The position numbers and the translations under genes are program-made. The notes beneath the pieces were generated by a model. It saw only the letters and a list, made by a program, of their open reading frames with translations, did no database searches and had not been told where the DNA came from. 64,000 bases of DNA, taken from the NCBI GenBank assembly GCA_963774695.1, contig CAVZFY010000021.1, positions 148,786 through 212,785 of the forward strand, read 5' to 3'. Shown here piece after piece: positions 51,296 to 64,000 of the stretch (its first letter is position 1; each line of letters begins with the position of its first letter). The DNA comes from an uncultured Chloroflexia bacterium. GTDB taxonomy: Bacteria > Chloroflexota > Limnocylindria > Limnocylindrales > CSP1-4.

Positions 51296-51652
51296 GTCAG
51301 GACGCCCTTGCGCCAGGCGTAGGCGAGGCCGAGCAGGAGGATGCCGACGAACACGAGCATGCTCAGGAACAGCAGGCCCTGGTTCGAGGTTCGGATCGCG
51401 GAACACCACCGCCCACAGGTAGATGAACACGATCTCGATGTCGAACGCCACGAACAGCAGCGCGTAGATGTAGAACGAGATCCCGAACCGGGCGTGGGTG
51501 TCGCCGTACGTGTCGATGCCCGACTCGTAGGGATATCCCTTGTGCTCGTCGCCCTTCGTGCGATGCGAGATCGCCCAGGCGAGTCCGATCGTCAGGAAGA
51601 CGAACGTCACGCCGGCGAAGGCGAACCCGACGACGTACCAGAGTTCGGTCAC
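51286..51652 (-). CDS. nuoA: NADH-quinone oxidoreductase subunit A; frameshift near 51375
   Basis: PYESG; FYIYALLFVAFDIEIVFIYLWA; the shifted frame ends LAYAWRKGVLTWR*. Confidence 0.93.
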
Positions 51653-51753
51653 GTGGTCCTCGGTGTCGGGCGGGCCGTGTACGCAGACGGGCCGCGCTCG
51701 AGGGTGATGACACTGGGCGTGTCCGTGCGGCACACGAGCAGCACGGCTCTCGC

Positions 51754-51762
51754 ATTCTAGCA
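51754..51762 (-). promoter_or_regulatory. Extended -10 promoter upstream of nuoA
   Basis: Minus strand TG-C-TAGAAT, about 100 nt upstream of the nuoA GTG. Confidence 0.55.
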
Positions 51763-51807
51763 GCGGTGCCGTGCTCGCCGGGCCGATCGGGAGGCGCCGC
51801 GCGGGCC

Positions 51808-53010
51808 CTAGCGATCGATGCGGCGGAGGGCGGGGAGCGCGGCGTCCGGCGGCATCCCGCGACCGAAGACGAGCACGCGGAACCCGCCCATGCCGCGTGG
51901 GTCGAGGAGCCGCTGGAGCGCCGAGCGCAGGAGCAGCGCGTCCTCGATCGTCGCGCCGGGCCGGCTCAGCCACGCCGAGGCGAGGTCCCCCGATGCCGCC
52001 AGCAGCTCCGCCTGTGTCGTCTCGCCCACCGGGTCGAGGCCGGCGCGGGCCGCGGCGGCGCGGACGGCCGCGAGGTCGACGGTCGCGGTCAGGTCCTGGC
52101 GGCCGACGTGGCGGAGCGCGTCGCCGCCGACCGCGTGGCGCGCGAACGCCCGCAGCGTGCCGTCCGGTCGCGCGATCGAGTGGAGGGCCGCAGGCTCGTC
52201 GGCGTAGTCCACGAGCACCACCGGCCCGCGGGCGAGGTGGGCCGTCGTCGCGGCCAGCCAGCCGTCGACGGCGAGGCAGACCTCCGTGACCTGGCCGTCG
52301 GCGAGCTCGACGCCCTCGGCCTCGAGGCGCGCCGCCAGCTCGGGCGTGCTCGGCTCGGCCTCGACCCAGGCGAAGCGGTCGCCGTCGACGCCGACGAAGC
52401 GCTCGCGGAGGCCGTCCGGCCGCCCGACGACGCGGTGGACCGGCAGCGCGTCGAGGACCTCGTTCGCGACGACGGCGCCCGTCTCGATCGCGTCACCTCG
52501 GCGGCGTGTCGTCGACGAGGTGACCCGCCAGGCCGTCGGTCGCGAGGCGGTCCCGGAGCGCGGCGATGCGCGCTTCCTCGCGTTCCACCGGGCGGTAGCG
52601 GATCGCGGGGAGGAGCGGCGAGCCCGCGTCCCGCAGCCCGCCGAGCAGGCCGGCGGCGAGGGCGCCCGTTCCGGCGCCGGCCTCGGTGACGATGAACGGG
52701 TCCGGACGGTCCATCGCCGTCCCAGGCCTGCTCGAGCAACCGCCCGATCGCGGTGCCGAAGATCGGGTGCAGCTCCGGGGCCGTGACGAAGTCGCCCGCG
52801 AACCCCGGACCCGCGGTCGGGCCGGCGGTAGTAGCCGTGGCCCGGCTCGTACAGCGCGCGCTCCATGAACCGGGCGAACGTGATCGGACCCTCGGCCGCG
52901 ATCTCGGCGCGGAGGCGCTCGACGAGCTCGGCGTCCTCACCGACCGCCTCGGGGTCCGGATGGGGATCGCGGACCAGGCCGGGGATCGCGTCGCTGCCGC
53001 CGCCGGTCAT
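51808..53010 (-). CDS. NDUFAF7/MidA-family SAM-dependent methyltransferase; frameshifted
   Basis: GPITFARFMERALYEPGHGYY; GDFVTAPELHPIFG; EAGAGTG; ANEVLDALPVH; LVDY; DLTATVD; F.VLV. Confidence 0.88.
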   Translation of the reverse strand: MTGGGSDAIPGLVRDPHPDPEAVGEDAELVERLRAEIAAEGPITFARFMERALYEPGHGYYRRPDRGSGVRGRLRHGPGAAPDLRHRDRAVARAGLGRRWTVRTRSSSPRPAPERAPSPPACSAGCGTRARRSSPRSATARWNARKRASPRSGTASRPTAWRVTSSTTRRRGDAIETGAVVANEVLDALPVHRVVGRPDGLRERFVGVDGDRFAWVEAEPSTPELAARLEAEGVELADGQVTEVCLAVDGWLAATTAHLARGPVVLVDYADEPAALHSIARPDGTLRAFARHAVGGDALRHVGRQDLTATVDLAAVRAAAARAGLDPVGETTQAELLAASGDLASAWLSRPGATIEDALLLRSALQRLLDPRGMGGFRVLVFGRGMPPDAALPALRRIDR

Positions 53011-54088
53011 CGCCGCGCCCGCAGCGCGAAGCGCACGCCCGGCCCGACCAGGCTGTGGCCGCCGAGGAGGATCGGGACGTCGGCGCCCGCGGCCGACGCC
53101 GTCAGGTCGCGCAGCCACGGGTCGCGGACGCGATCGGCGAGGAGCAGGTCGCTCGCGAACCGGTCCTCCGGCGGCGGCCATCCCCGCTCGTCGGCGCCCA
53201 GGCGATGGGCGAGGAGCACGCGGGTGTCGATGAGGGCGCCGTCCGCGAGGCGCGCGACGTGGCGGCCGAGCGATCCCGGCCCGTCGCGGTCGAGCAGCTC
53301 GCCGAGCACGCTGCGGGGCGGCCGGCGGTTCGGGCGCCCGAGCGCCGTCCCGATGGCGGCGGTCCGCAGGCCCCGCTCCTCGACCAGCGCCCGCGTCCGC
53401 GACCGGGTGTGCGTCTCGAGCCAGCGGAGGTCGGCGGCGGACGTGCGGCCGGCGACGAGCAGCTCCATGCCCGGGTCGGCGCGCCAGTGCCCGGATCGCG
53501 CGGAGCCGCTCGCGGACGGGCTCGGCATCGGCATCGGCAGGCCCCGGGAGTCGGGGGGCGCCGGCGACGCCGTCGAGCAGCAGCAGGTCCAGCGGCGAGT
53601 CGAGGTCCATCGCCAGCCGGCGCCGCGTGCGCAGGTCGCGAACCGGCACGCCGGCGACCTCCGCGAGCCAGCGCGGCAGCGCGTTGTCGGAGGCCAGGTC
53701 CGGCAGGTCGCGCAGGGCCTGCGTCGCGCAGGCGATCGCCAGGACGTCGGCCGAGGCCCGGTGGTTGGCGAGCGCGCCCGGCTCCCCGGCCGCCGCGGCC
53801 AGCACGAACGCCGCCCGATCGGCGGCCGTCGCCAGCGGGATGGAGCCCGCCCCCAGCACGACCAGGCCGTCGGGACGGAGCTCCGAGACCAGCCGGCGGA
53901 GACGCGACCCGAACGGCGTCTCGTCCGGCGGCTCGCGTCGGACGACCACACGCGCGGCGCCGGCGGCGAGGAACCCCGTCCGGTGGACCTCGGCCAGCGC
54001 GGTCCTGGCGCGCGTCGAGCGCGCGTTCGAGCGGGCCCGCGTCGGGGGCGAGCTCGGGGGCGAGGACGAGGACCGTGACCGCGGGCAT
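53007..54088 (-). CDS. Conserved hypothetical protein (possible GT-A/CofC-like N-terminal domain); frameshifted
   Basis: Coding-like sequence with PFG.RL, GAGSIPL, NHRASAD, DNALPRWL, DLDSPLD, EERGLR, IDTRVLLAH, EDRFASD, LGGHSLVG. The fold assignment is from recall only. Confidence 0.6.
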
Positions 54089-54133
54089 GTGTGACACTCG
54101 GGCCCGAGTCTAGCGACGGGAGGGCGACGGGCC

Positions 54134-54737
54134 GTGGGCCGCGTGCGGGCGTACATCGGGCTGGGAGCGAACGTCGGCGACGCCGCCGCGACGCTGGCCG
54201 CCGCCGTCCACGCCCTCGGGGCGCTGCCGGACGCCGAGGTCGTCGCGGTCTCGCGGCTCTATGCGACCGAGCCCGTCGGCGTCGTCGACCAGCCCGAGTT
54301 CCGCAACGCGGTCGTCGCGATGGACGTGCCGGCCGGGCCCGACCCGGCGACCGGTGCCTCGGCGCTGCTGGTGGCCCTCAAGGGCATCGAGCGCGCCTTC
54401 GGCCGCCAGGAGCGCGAGCGTTGGGGGCCGCGCGAGGTCGACCTCGACATCCTCCTGTTCGGGGACGCCACGATCGAGGTCGATCGGCCGGCGGCCGGCC
54501 GGAGCGACGACCCCGCGAAGGCCGACCTTCCGCTGGTCGTGCCGCACGCTCGAGGCCCGGAACCGGCTGTTCGTCCTCGCCCCGCTCTCGGACCTGGCCC
54601 CGGACCTCGTGCCGCCGGGCTGGGACGAGACCGTCGCCGTCGCCGCGCGCCGCCGCCTCGAGGTGGAGGGCCCGGACGCCGTCCGGCCGATCGCGTCCTG
54701 GGACGGCGAGGGCTGGCGCCCGATCGCCGAGGGCTAG
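54134..54737 (+). CDS. folK: 2-amino-4-hydroxy-6-hydroxymethyldihydropteridine diphosphokinase; frameshift near 54550
   Basis: [11 protein letters not shown]; [10 protein letters not shown]; FRNAV; [19 protein letters not shown]; [13 protein letters not shown]. Confidence 0.93.
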
Positions 54738-55723
54738 AGGCGGACGGCGGGCGGCCGGTCCCGGTCGAACATGTGGACCGTGTCGACGAACCGGACCTGC
54801 TTGCTCTGGTAGGCCATCACCAGCGAGTGGGTGCGCGCGCCGCCGCCGAAGAAGCGGACGCCCTGGAGCAGCTCGCCGGGCGTGACGCCGGTCGCCGCGA
54901 ACACGAGCTGGTCGCCGGACGCGAGGTCCTCGGTGCGGTAGACGCGGTCCTCGTCGGCGTGGCCGAGCATCTTCGACGCGGCCGCGCGCTCGCGCTCCTC
55001 GTCGTTGCGGAACCGGAACCGGGCCTGGATCTCGCCGCCGAGGCAGCGCAGCGCGGCCGCGGTGATGACGCCCTCGGGCGCGCCGCCGATGCCCATCACC
55101 GCGTGGACGCCCGTGCCCTGGACCGCGCACGAGATCGCGGCCGACAGGTCGCCGTCGCTGATGAGCTTGATCCGGGCGCCGGTCGAGCGGACCTCGGCGA
55201 TCAGCGCCTCGTGGCGCGGCCGCTCGAGGATGATCACCGTGATGTCCTGGACGCGCCGGCGCAGCGCCTCGGCGATCCGGTGGCAGTTCTCCGCGGCGGG
55301 GCGCGTGATGTCGACGCAGCCCGCGGCCACCGGCCCGACGCACAGCTTCTCCATGTACGTGTCCGGCGCGTGCGTCAGGCCGCCCTTCTCGGACGCCGCG
55401 AGCACCGTGATCGCGTCACCCGAGCCGGTGGCGACGAGGTTCGTGCCCTCGAGCGGATCGACCGCGATGTCGACCGCCTCGACCTCGCCGTCGGCGTCCT
55501 TCCGGCCGACCTGCTCGCCGATGTACAGCATCGGCGCCTCGTCGCGCTCGCCCTCGCCGATGACGATGGTGCCGGCGATGTCCGTCTCGTCCATCGTGTG
55601 GCGCATGGCCTCGGTCGCGGCGCGATCCGCCTCGACGCGATCGCCCCGGCCCATGAACCGCGCGGACGCGATGGCCGCGGCCTCGGTCACCCGAACCATC
55701 TCGAGCGCGAGCAGTTGCTCCAT
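54734..55723 (-). CDS. glpX: Class II fructose-1,6-bisphosphatase
   Basis: [10 protein letters not shown]; [18 protein letters not shown]; [10 protein letters not shown]; APDTYMEKL; LERPRH; ISDGD; [10 protein letters not shown]; FAATGVT. Confidence 0.96.
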   Translation of the reverse strand: MEQLLALEMVRVTEAAAIASARFMGRGDRVEADRAATEAMRHTMDETDIAGTIVIGEGERDEAPMLYIGEQVGRKDADGEVEAVDIAVDPLEGTNLVATGSGDAITVLAASEKGGLTHAPDTYMEKLCVGPVAAGCVDITRPAAENCHRIAEALRRRVQDITVIILERPRHEALIAEVRSTGARIKLISDGDLSAAISCAVQGTGVHAVMGIGGAPEGVITAAALRCLGGEIQARFRFRNDEERERAAASKMLGHADEDRVYRTEDLASGDQLVFAATGVTPGELLQGVRFFGGGARTHSLVMAYQSKQVRFVDTVHMFDRDRPPAVRL

Positions 55724-55854
55724 CAGATTCCTCCGGCCCGTCAGCCGGCCCGAATGCAAGGCGCACTCCGAGGACGTAAGCGAGCGCACTTCGGCGTGCG
55801 TGAGCGTCGCCCGGAGGGGTGCAACGCCGCAGGCGGGCTGGATCACGGGCCGGG

Positions 55855-57407
55855 CTAATGCCGGAAGTGGCGGCGGCCGGTGAAGACCATCGCCAGGTGG
55901 TGGCGGTCCGCGACCTCGATGGCCATCTCGTCGCGGATGGAGCCGCCCGGCTGGATGATCGCCGTGACGCCGGCGTTGGCCGCGATCTGGATGCCGTCGG
56001 GGAACGGGAAGTAGGCGTCCGAGGCCATCACCGCGAGCTTCGCGCGGTCGCCGGCCCGGCGCAGGGCGATGTCCACCGACACGTTCCGGCTGGACTGCGC
56101 CGCCCCGATGCCGACCGTGGAGGCGTTCCGGGCGAGCACGATCGCGTTCGAGCGGATGTGGCGCACCGCTCGCCAGGCGAACAGGAGGTCCGTCAGCTCG
56201 CCGAGCGTCGGATGGCGACGGGTCACGACCTGGAGCTGGCCGCGATCGAGGTCGACGGCGTCGAGCGCCTCCACCAGCAGGCCGCCGCCGACCCGCTTGA
56301 AGTCGAGGTTGGCGATGCCGTAGTCGCGCATGCCGTCGACCGGCGAGGCGGGAACCGAGAGGAGCTCCAGGCCGCCCTTCGACTCGAGGATCCCGCGCGC
56401 GGCCTGCGAGTAGCCCGGGCGCGATCACCGCCTCGTACGAGTTGGCCGCGATCTCGCGCGCCGTCGCGCCGTCGAGCTCGCGGTTGACGCCCACGATCCC
56501 GCCGAACGACGCGACCGGGTCCGTGTCGAGCGCGTGCCGGTAGGCCTCGACCAGCTCCTCGCTCGACGCGACGCCGACCGGGTCCGTGTGCTTGGCGATC
56601 ACGACCGTCGGCGCGGTGTAGTCCGCCGCGATCCGGTAGGCGACGTCGAGGTCGAGGAGGTTGTTGAAGGTCGGCTGCGAACCCTGCAGCTGGGTGGCGT
56701 CGGCGATGCGTCCCCGAGCGGTGCGTCGTCTCGCGGTAGAAGGCCGCCCGCTGGTGCGGGTTCTCGCCGTACGGGAGGTCGGCGACCTTCTCGAGCACCA
56801 TCGCGAGCCGCTTCGGGTAGGCGTTGCCGCCGATCTGGTTGAGGTAGGCGGCGATCTCCGCGTAGTACGCGGCGACCGTGCTGAAGGCGTCCGCGGCGAG
56901 CTTGTAGCGCGTGTCGGCCGACACCTGGCCGAGGGTCTTGCATCTCGTCGAGCACGAGGCCGTAGTGGCCGGGGTCGCAGACGGCGACGACGCCCGCCGC
57001 GTTGCGCGCGCCCGCTCCGAGGAGCGCCGCGCCGGCCGACGTCGATCATCTCGATGGCCTCGTCGATGGCGATGTGGCCGCGGCCGACCTCGGGCGCGAA
57101 CGGCTTGACGTTGACGACGACGAGGTCGAGCAGCTCGAGCCCCTGCTCGGCGAGCTGCTGGAGGTGCTCGGGGATGTCGCGGCGAGCGAGGATCCCGGCG
57201 TAGATGGCCGGGTGGAAGGTGCGGACCTGGCCGCCGACGAGCGGCGGCACCGCCGTCAGGTCGGAGACGGACCCGACCTCGATCCCGTCGGCCGCGAGGT
57301 GGTCACGCGTCCCGTCCGTCGCAAACAGCTGCGACGTCGAGGCGCTGCAGCTCACGCGCGAACGCGGAGATGCCCTCGCGGTTGGCCACCGAGAGCAGCG
57401 CACGCAC
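55855..57407 (-). CDS. purH: Bifunctional AICAR transformylase/IMP cyclohydrolase; frameshifted
   Basis: [12 protein letters not shown]; GQVRTFHP; VVNVKPF; EMIDVG; [12 protein letters not shown]; NNLLD; KHTDPVG; DPVASFGG; SNAIV; [11 protein letters not shown]; [10 protein letters not shown]; FTGRRHFRH. Confidence 0.95.
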
Positions 57408-57500
57408 CTGCTCGGTTCCTCCTCGGGCGTTCGGTCGGGCGCTCCGTTCGCGCCGGATCGGTCATGGATCCGGGCCGCGCCGGGCGGGCACGTCAGGCGG

Positions 57501-57530
57501 CGAGTATACCGTGGCGCCGTGGCATACTCG
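57501..57530. promoter_or_regulatory. Inverted repeat containing back-to-back -10-like hexamers (purH / downstream membrane protein)
   Basis: CGAGTATACC-N10-GGCATACTCG (9 of 10 arm match). The minus strand reads TATACT and the plus strand reads CATACT. Confidence 0.45.
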
Positions 57531-57607
57531 GCTCGCCCAACTCGCCGGCCGGGGCGTCCCGGTCGTCACGGCCGCCAGCCACGCGGCCGCCTCGGAGACC
57601 TGCGCAC

Positions 57608-58039
57608 GTGCGACTTTGGCCCTGGGAATACCTGTTCAAGCCGTACAACGGGTTCTCGTTCCCCGACCTGTACATCCCGCTGACGGTCGCCTCGCTCGTC
57701 GCCCTGATCGCGACCGTGATCTTCTACAACATCCGCACGCGCCAGCTCCACCGGCACAGCGTGTACCTGCAGATGTACGAGTGGATCCTGTGGACGGCGG
57801 TGATCACCTTCGGGCTGATGCTCGTCTACTTCATCTTCCAGTTCGACATGATCATCGTGCTCTCGACGCTGCTGGTCGGCCTCGGCACGCTGGTCTGGAT
57901 CCGCTTCGTCCGCTTCCCGCCGTACTTCCGCGCGTACGAGCGCCAGCTCGCGAAGCAGCGCTACTTCTCGCGCCAGCGGTTCGACCGCCCCGAGACCACG
58001 ATCCGCTCCCGCTCCTCGCGCCGCCGCCGGCGACGCTGA
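57608..58039 (+). CDS. Hypothetical small membrane protein (3 TM, basic C-terminal tail)
   Basis: WEYLFKPYNGFSFPDLYIPLTVASLVALIATVIFY...WILWTAVITFG...IRFVRFPPY; strong codon bias. Confidence 0.7.
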   Translation: MRLWPWEYLFKPYNGFSFPDLYIPLTVASLVALIATVIFYNIRTRQLHRHSVYLQMYEWILWTAVITFGLMLVYFIFQFDMIIVLSTLLVGLGTLVWIRFVRFPPYFRAYERQLAKQRYFSRQRFDRPETTIRSRSSRRRRRR

Positions 58040-58049
58040 CCGCGCGTCG

Positions 58050-58526
58050 ATGCCGATCGACGTCCGCCGGTTCGGGGTCGGCCACCGGCGTCCCGATGGG
58101 CCACCCGGGACGACGGGCATCGAGGGCCAGGTCATCGAGAGCGGGCGCTCCGGCGTCATCGCCGAGCTCGCGTTCGGCCGGCGGGCGCGGATCACGCCCC
58201 ACACCAACCCGAACTGGACGTACTTCGTCGTGATCGAGGGCGGCGGCTGGGTCGGCGTCGGTGACGAGCGCACGCGGGTGACCGCGGGCGAGGCCGTCGT
58301 CTGGCCGCCGGACGTCCTCCACGGGGCGTGGACCGACGGGGCGCCGATGCGGGCGATCGTGGTGGAGTTCGCGTCACCGGTGCTCGCGCTGCCGGGCGTG
58401 ACCGAGGGCGAGGCGATCGAGATCGGGCCGGGTGACGCCCATGTCCCCCGCGGCGAGGGCCGGCTCGCGCCGCGGCGCGCGGTCCGGGCCGTCGATGTCG
58501 AGGACGCCGAGGGGGAGCCGCTCTAG
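58050..58526 (+). CDS. Cupin-domain protein
   Basis: ITPHTNPNWTYFVVIEGGGWV..GDERTRVTAGEAVVWPPDVLHGAW. Confidence 0.8.
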   Translation: MPIDVRRFGVGHRRPDGPPGTTGIEGQVIESGRSGVIAELAFGRRARITPHTNPNWTYFVVIEGGGWVGVGDERTRVTAGEAVVWPPDVLHGAWTDGAPMRAIVVEFASPVLALPGVTEGEAIEIGPGDAHVPRGEGRLAPRRAVRAVDVEDAEGEPL

Positions 58527-58739
58527 CCCGGTCAGGCCGCCGGCCGCTCGGCCTCGAACCGGTCGATCGGACGCTCGCGCCTTCAGGATGGGCAGCGTCG
58601 ACCGCCGCGGTCGACGCCGGGCGGTCCGCCGTCTCGGGGACGGCACGCGGCTCCAGCTGGAACCAGCGAAGGGCCGTACCCGCCCGCGACGAGCGTCGGG
58701 GCGTGGGGGCGCCGGCGTCCCGCAGGTGCGGCATCGCGG

Positions 58740-58991
58740 TCAGGCGGCCTTGCCGGCGGGGTGACGGCGCGAGGCGACGGCCGTCGCGACGGCCGCCAGG
58801 CGCCGGACGGGCGACAGGACGAGGGTCACGACCGAGCCGCGCGAGCCGGAGGCGCCGTGGCCGCGATGGCCACGGTCCGTCCTGCTCGAACGGACGGTGC
58901 GACGCGCCAGCCGCTCGCTCGCGGCGTCGGCCTGCGCCTGCGCCATGCGGGTGTTGGCCATCAGGAGCTGGATGTTGGGGTCGTGCGTCAT
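58740..58991 (-). CDS. Small hypothetical protein
   Basis: MTHDPNIQLLMANTRMAQAQADAASERLARR; AAAGGA SD-like sequence upstream. Confidence 0.5.
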   Translation of the reverse strand: MTHDPNIQLLMANTRMAQAQADAASERLARRTVRSSRTDRGHRGHGASGSRGSVVTLVLSPVRRLAAVATAVASRRHPAGKAA

Positions 58992-59162
58992 GGCGCGTGT
59001 CCTTTGGTGTGCGGTCGTCGGTCCGTCGGGATCGATCGACGCTGTCCACGCTAGGCGCCCGAAGCCCGCGCGCCATCGGGGAGGCTTGGTATTTCGCCGG
59101 CCGCGGACCCCTTAGTTCCGGCGCCGCGGCGCGAGACGCGGCCTAAAGACGCGCCGCGGCGC

Positions 59163-59823
59163 CTAAAGGTCCGCTTCGTCCGGGGCCCCGAGATGGGCGC
59201 CCAGGCCGCCCAGCACCATCGCCGTCATGCCCCACACGGCGAGGCCGTCGACGGGGTAGGCGGCGTACCGGATCCGCCAGCCGCGGACCTCGCGCTCGAC
59301 CTCGATCGTCGCCGCGTCGGGGAGGAACGCGGCCACCGGCGGCTCGAGGATCGCCGCCACCTCGGACGGCTGCGCGACGAGCGTCGGCCGCCGGCGCGCC
59401 GACCGCGACCACCGGCGTCACCGCGAAGTTCGACACCGGGATCCAGCGCACCCCGAGGGAGCCGAGCACGCGCACGCCCTCGGCATCGGCGTCCAGGCCG
59501 ACCTCCTCCTGCGCCTCGCGCAGGGCGGTCGCGACCAGGTCGGCGTCGCCGGGCTCGGCGCTGCCGCCCGGGAACGAGACCTCGCCCGAGTGGTGGCCGC
59601 CGCGGTCGACGCGCTCGGTGAGGATCACCCGCGCCTCGCCGTCGGCGTCGGGATAGAACAGGACGAGGACCGCCGCCGGGCGGCTCGTGGTCGACGCCGC
59701 GTCCCAGGGCGGACGGGCGCGCGGGACGCCGGTGTCGGTCAGGACCGGGACGAGCGCCGCCGGCGCGTCGGGCATCTCGGCCGGCAGCGGCTCGAGGCGC
59801 CGGACGACGTCCTCGAAGCGCAT
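59163..59823 (-). CDS. Nudix hydrolase, CoA pyrophosphatase (NudL-like); frameshift near 59390
   Basis: PAAVLVL; ILTER...[14 protein letters not shown]...[12 protein letters not shown]; SNFAVTPVV; VWGMTA. Confidence 0.9.
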
Positions 59824-59846
59824 GGGCGGCGACGCCGGCTCGGCGG

Positions 59847-62609
<2,763 letters not shown>

Positions 62610-62646
62610 GGTTCGGGTCTCGCGCTCGGTGGGTCTGCTCGATGCT

Positions 62647-63740
62647 CTAGCTGGTGGCTCGTGGATCGGGTTGGTCGACGTGGTCGAGGAAGGTCCGGGC
62701 CGCGTCCCGCGCCTCGTCGCTCAGCGACGCCGGCAGGACCACCCGCACCTTGAGGTACAGGTCGCCGGTCCCGTCGCCCTTGAGGCGCGGCATCCCCTGG
62801 CCCGTGAGCCGGAACGTGCGCCCGGGCTGCGTGCCGGCCGGGATCGTCAGCAGGATCCGGCCCTTGAGGGTGGTCACCGGGATCTCGGCGCCCAGCAGCG
62901 CCTCGCCCAGCGTCACGGGCAGCTCCCGCTCGAGGTCCGCGCCGCGCCGGGTGTAGACAGGATGCGGCTTGACCTTGACCGTGACGACGAGGTCGAGCCC
63001 GCTCGGGCCCTTGCCCTTGAGCCGGACCCGGCTGCCGGTGTCGGCGCCGCGCGGGATCTGGACCTCGTAGCGCTTGCCCTCGACCTCGACGGTCCGCTTG
63101 GTGCCGTGGAACGCCTCTTCGAGCGTCAGCTCCGCGGGGGCCTCGATCTCGCTCGCCCGCGGTGCCGCGCCGCGCGCCGACGGTCGGAGCCCGGCCGCGC
63201 CGGACGCGGCGCCGTCGAGCCCCATCTCGCCGAGGATGTCCGTCGAAGCTCGGCCCCCCGGTCCGGCGTCGTGCCGCCCGGTCGCCCGCGAAGTCGCGCT
63301 TGCCCGTCGCCGCGCCGGCGCCGGCCGCCGCGCCCGAGAAGAACATGCGGAAGAAGTCGGAGAACCCGGGATCACCGGGGCCCGCCGTCCGGAACTCGTA
63401 GCGGACGTTGCCCGCCTGGCCGGCCTGGCCGCCCGCGCCGCCGAACCCGGCGAAGCCCGCGAACGGGCTGCCGGGACCGAACGGGTCGGCGCCGCCCCCG
63501 CCCGCCCGCTGGAACTGGTCCCAGTTGGCACCGAGGGTGTCGTACTGCTTGCGCTTCTCGGGGTCCGAGAGGACCGCGTTCGCCTCGTTCACGTCCTTGA
63601 ACCGCTTCTCGGCGGCCTTGTCGCCCGCGTTGCGGTCCGGATGGTGCTCGCGGGCGAGCTTCCGGAAGGCCTTCTTGATGTCGGCCTGGGACGCGCGTCC
63701 GCGGCACGCCGAGGATCTCGTAGTAGTCCCGGTATTCCAT
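62647..63740 (-). CDS. dnaJ: J-domain chaperone, type II DnaJ/CbpA (no zinc finger); frameshifted
   Basis: [12 protein letters not shown]; [11 protein letters not shown]; [21 protein letters not shown]; G/F-rich region; FSDFFRMFF; LTLEEAFHG; GDLY. Confidence 0.9.
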
Positions 63741-64000
63741 CGATGGTCGCCGCTGGGACGCCCGATGCGTGCGTTGCCGGCTGCGGTCCTCGCTCGCGCA
63801 CGTCCGAGTGCGCTCGCTCCGGTCCTCGACCGGCGCCTTCGCCTCGAACGTCCGAGCGGCGACGTGCAGTCAGACTCGCCGCGGTGCGGTCGTCCCAGTG
63901 GCGTCCTCCGTTACCGGTTCGGCTGAACGACGACCGGAGGCTGCTCGGCGGGCGGGAACGGGGCGCGGACCCGGGACGTCGGGCTCGGCCTTGCGCTGGC

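Noticed and set aside
50543-51973. NuoA-NuoB fusion ORF (476 aa)
   Set aside because: A frameshift near 51375; the correct nuoA frame ends WRKGVLTWR* overlapping the nuoB ATG.
51808-54156. 782 aa fusion of the hypothetical protein with the NDUFAF7-like methyltransferase
   Set aside because: The ORF switches between real and out-of-frame sequence; the hypothetical gene has its own stop at 53007 overlapping the ATG at 53010.
57408-57500. ZMP/ZTP riboswitch upstream of purH
   Set aside because: The conserved UGACUGGCG and CGCCUGGGC elements are not present.
63741-64000. CIRCE or HAIR heat-shock operator upstream of dnaJ-clpB
   Set aside because: Neither TTAGCACTC-N9-GAGTGCTAA nor CTTGAGT-N7-ACTCAAG is found; the operon promoter probably lies beyond the window.

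Overview
This is a very GC-rich bacterial chromosome segment containing the replication origin (jag-yidC-yidD-rnpA-rpmH / dnaA-oriC-dnaN-recF-dciA). A Chloroflexota-like lineage such as Limnocylindria is my inference from gene order, the lipoprotein YidC and the Ser/Pro-rich linkers; it is not verified. Many genes, including essential ones (dnaA, recF, yidC, clpB, nuo), carry single-base indels. I read these as long-read assembly errors, so coordinates of frameshifted genes are reconstructed and approximate. Left to right the window holds: purine/ureide catabolism genes; the origin cluster; a PP2C-like pseudophosphatase/beta-propeller protein; a ~15.7 kb glycolipid/glycosylation region (GT2, three GT-C-type genes including a ~1,800 aa GT-C+PMT fusion, and an ArsR-pgsA-ino1-patA-patA-PHP-pimA operon); a DRG-like GTPase; MFS and CorA transporters; a sortase-fold protein with Ser at the catalytic Cys position; a complete complex I operon; an NDUFAF7-like methyltransferase; folK, glpX, purH, a Nudix hydrolase, clpB and dnaJ. 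The standout is complex I, where nuoI is split in two and an E/F/G-like module sits between the halves. The N-half of NuoI is fused to a NuoE fragment lacking its 2Fe-2S domain, and NuoF has degenerate NADH/FMN and N3 motifs. The NuoG position holds a GltD-type (NADPH-type) flavoprotein whose C-terminus carries the C-half of NuoI. No CRISPR array, rRNA, tRNA or mobile element was recognised.
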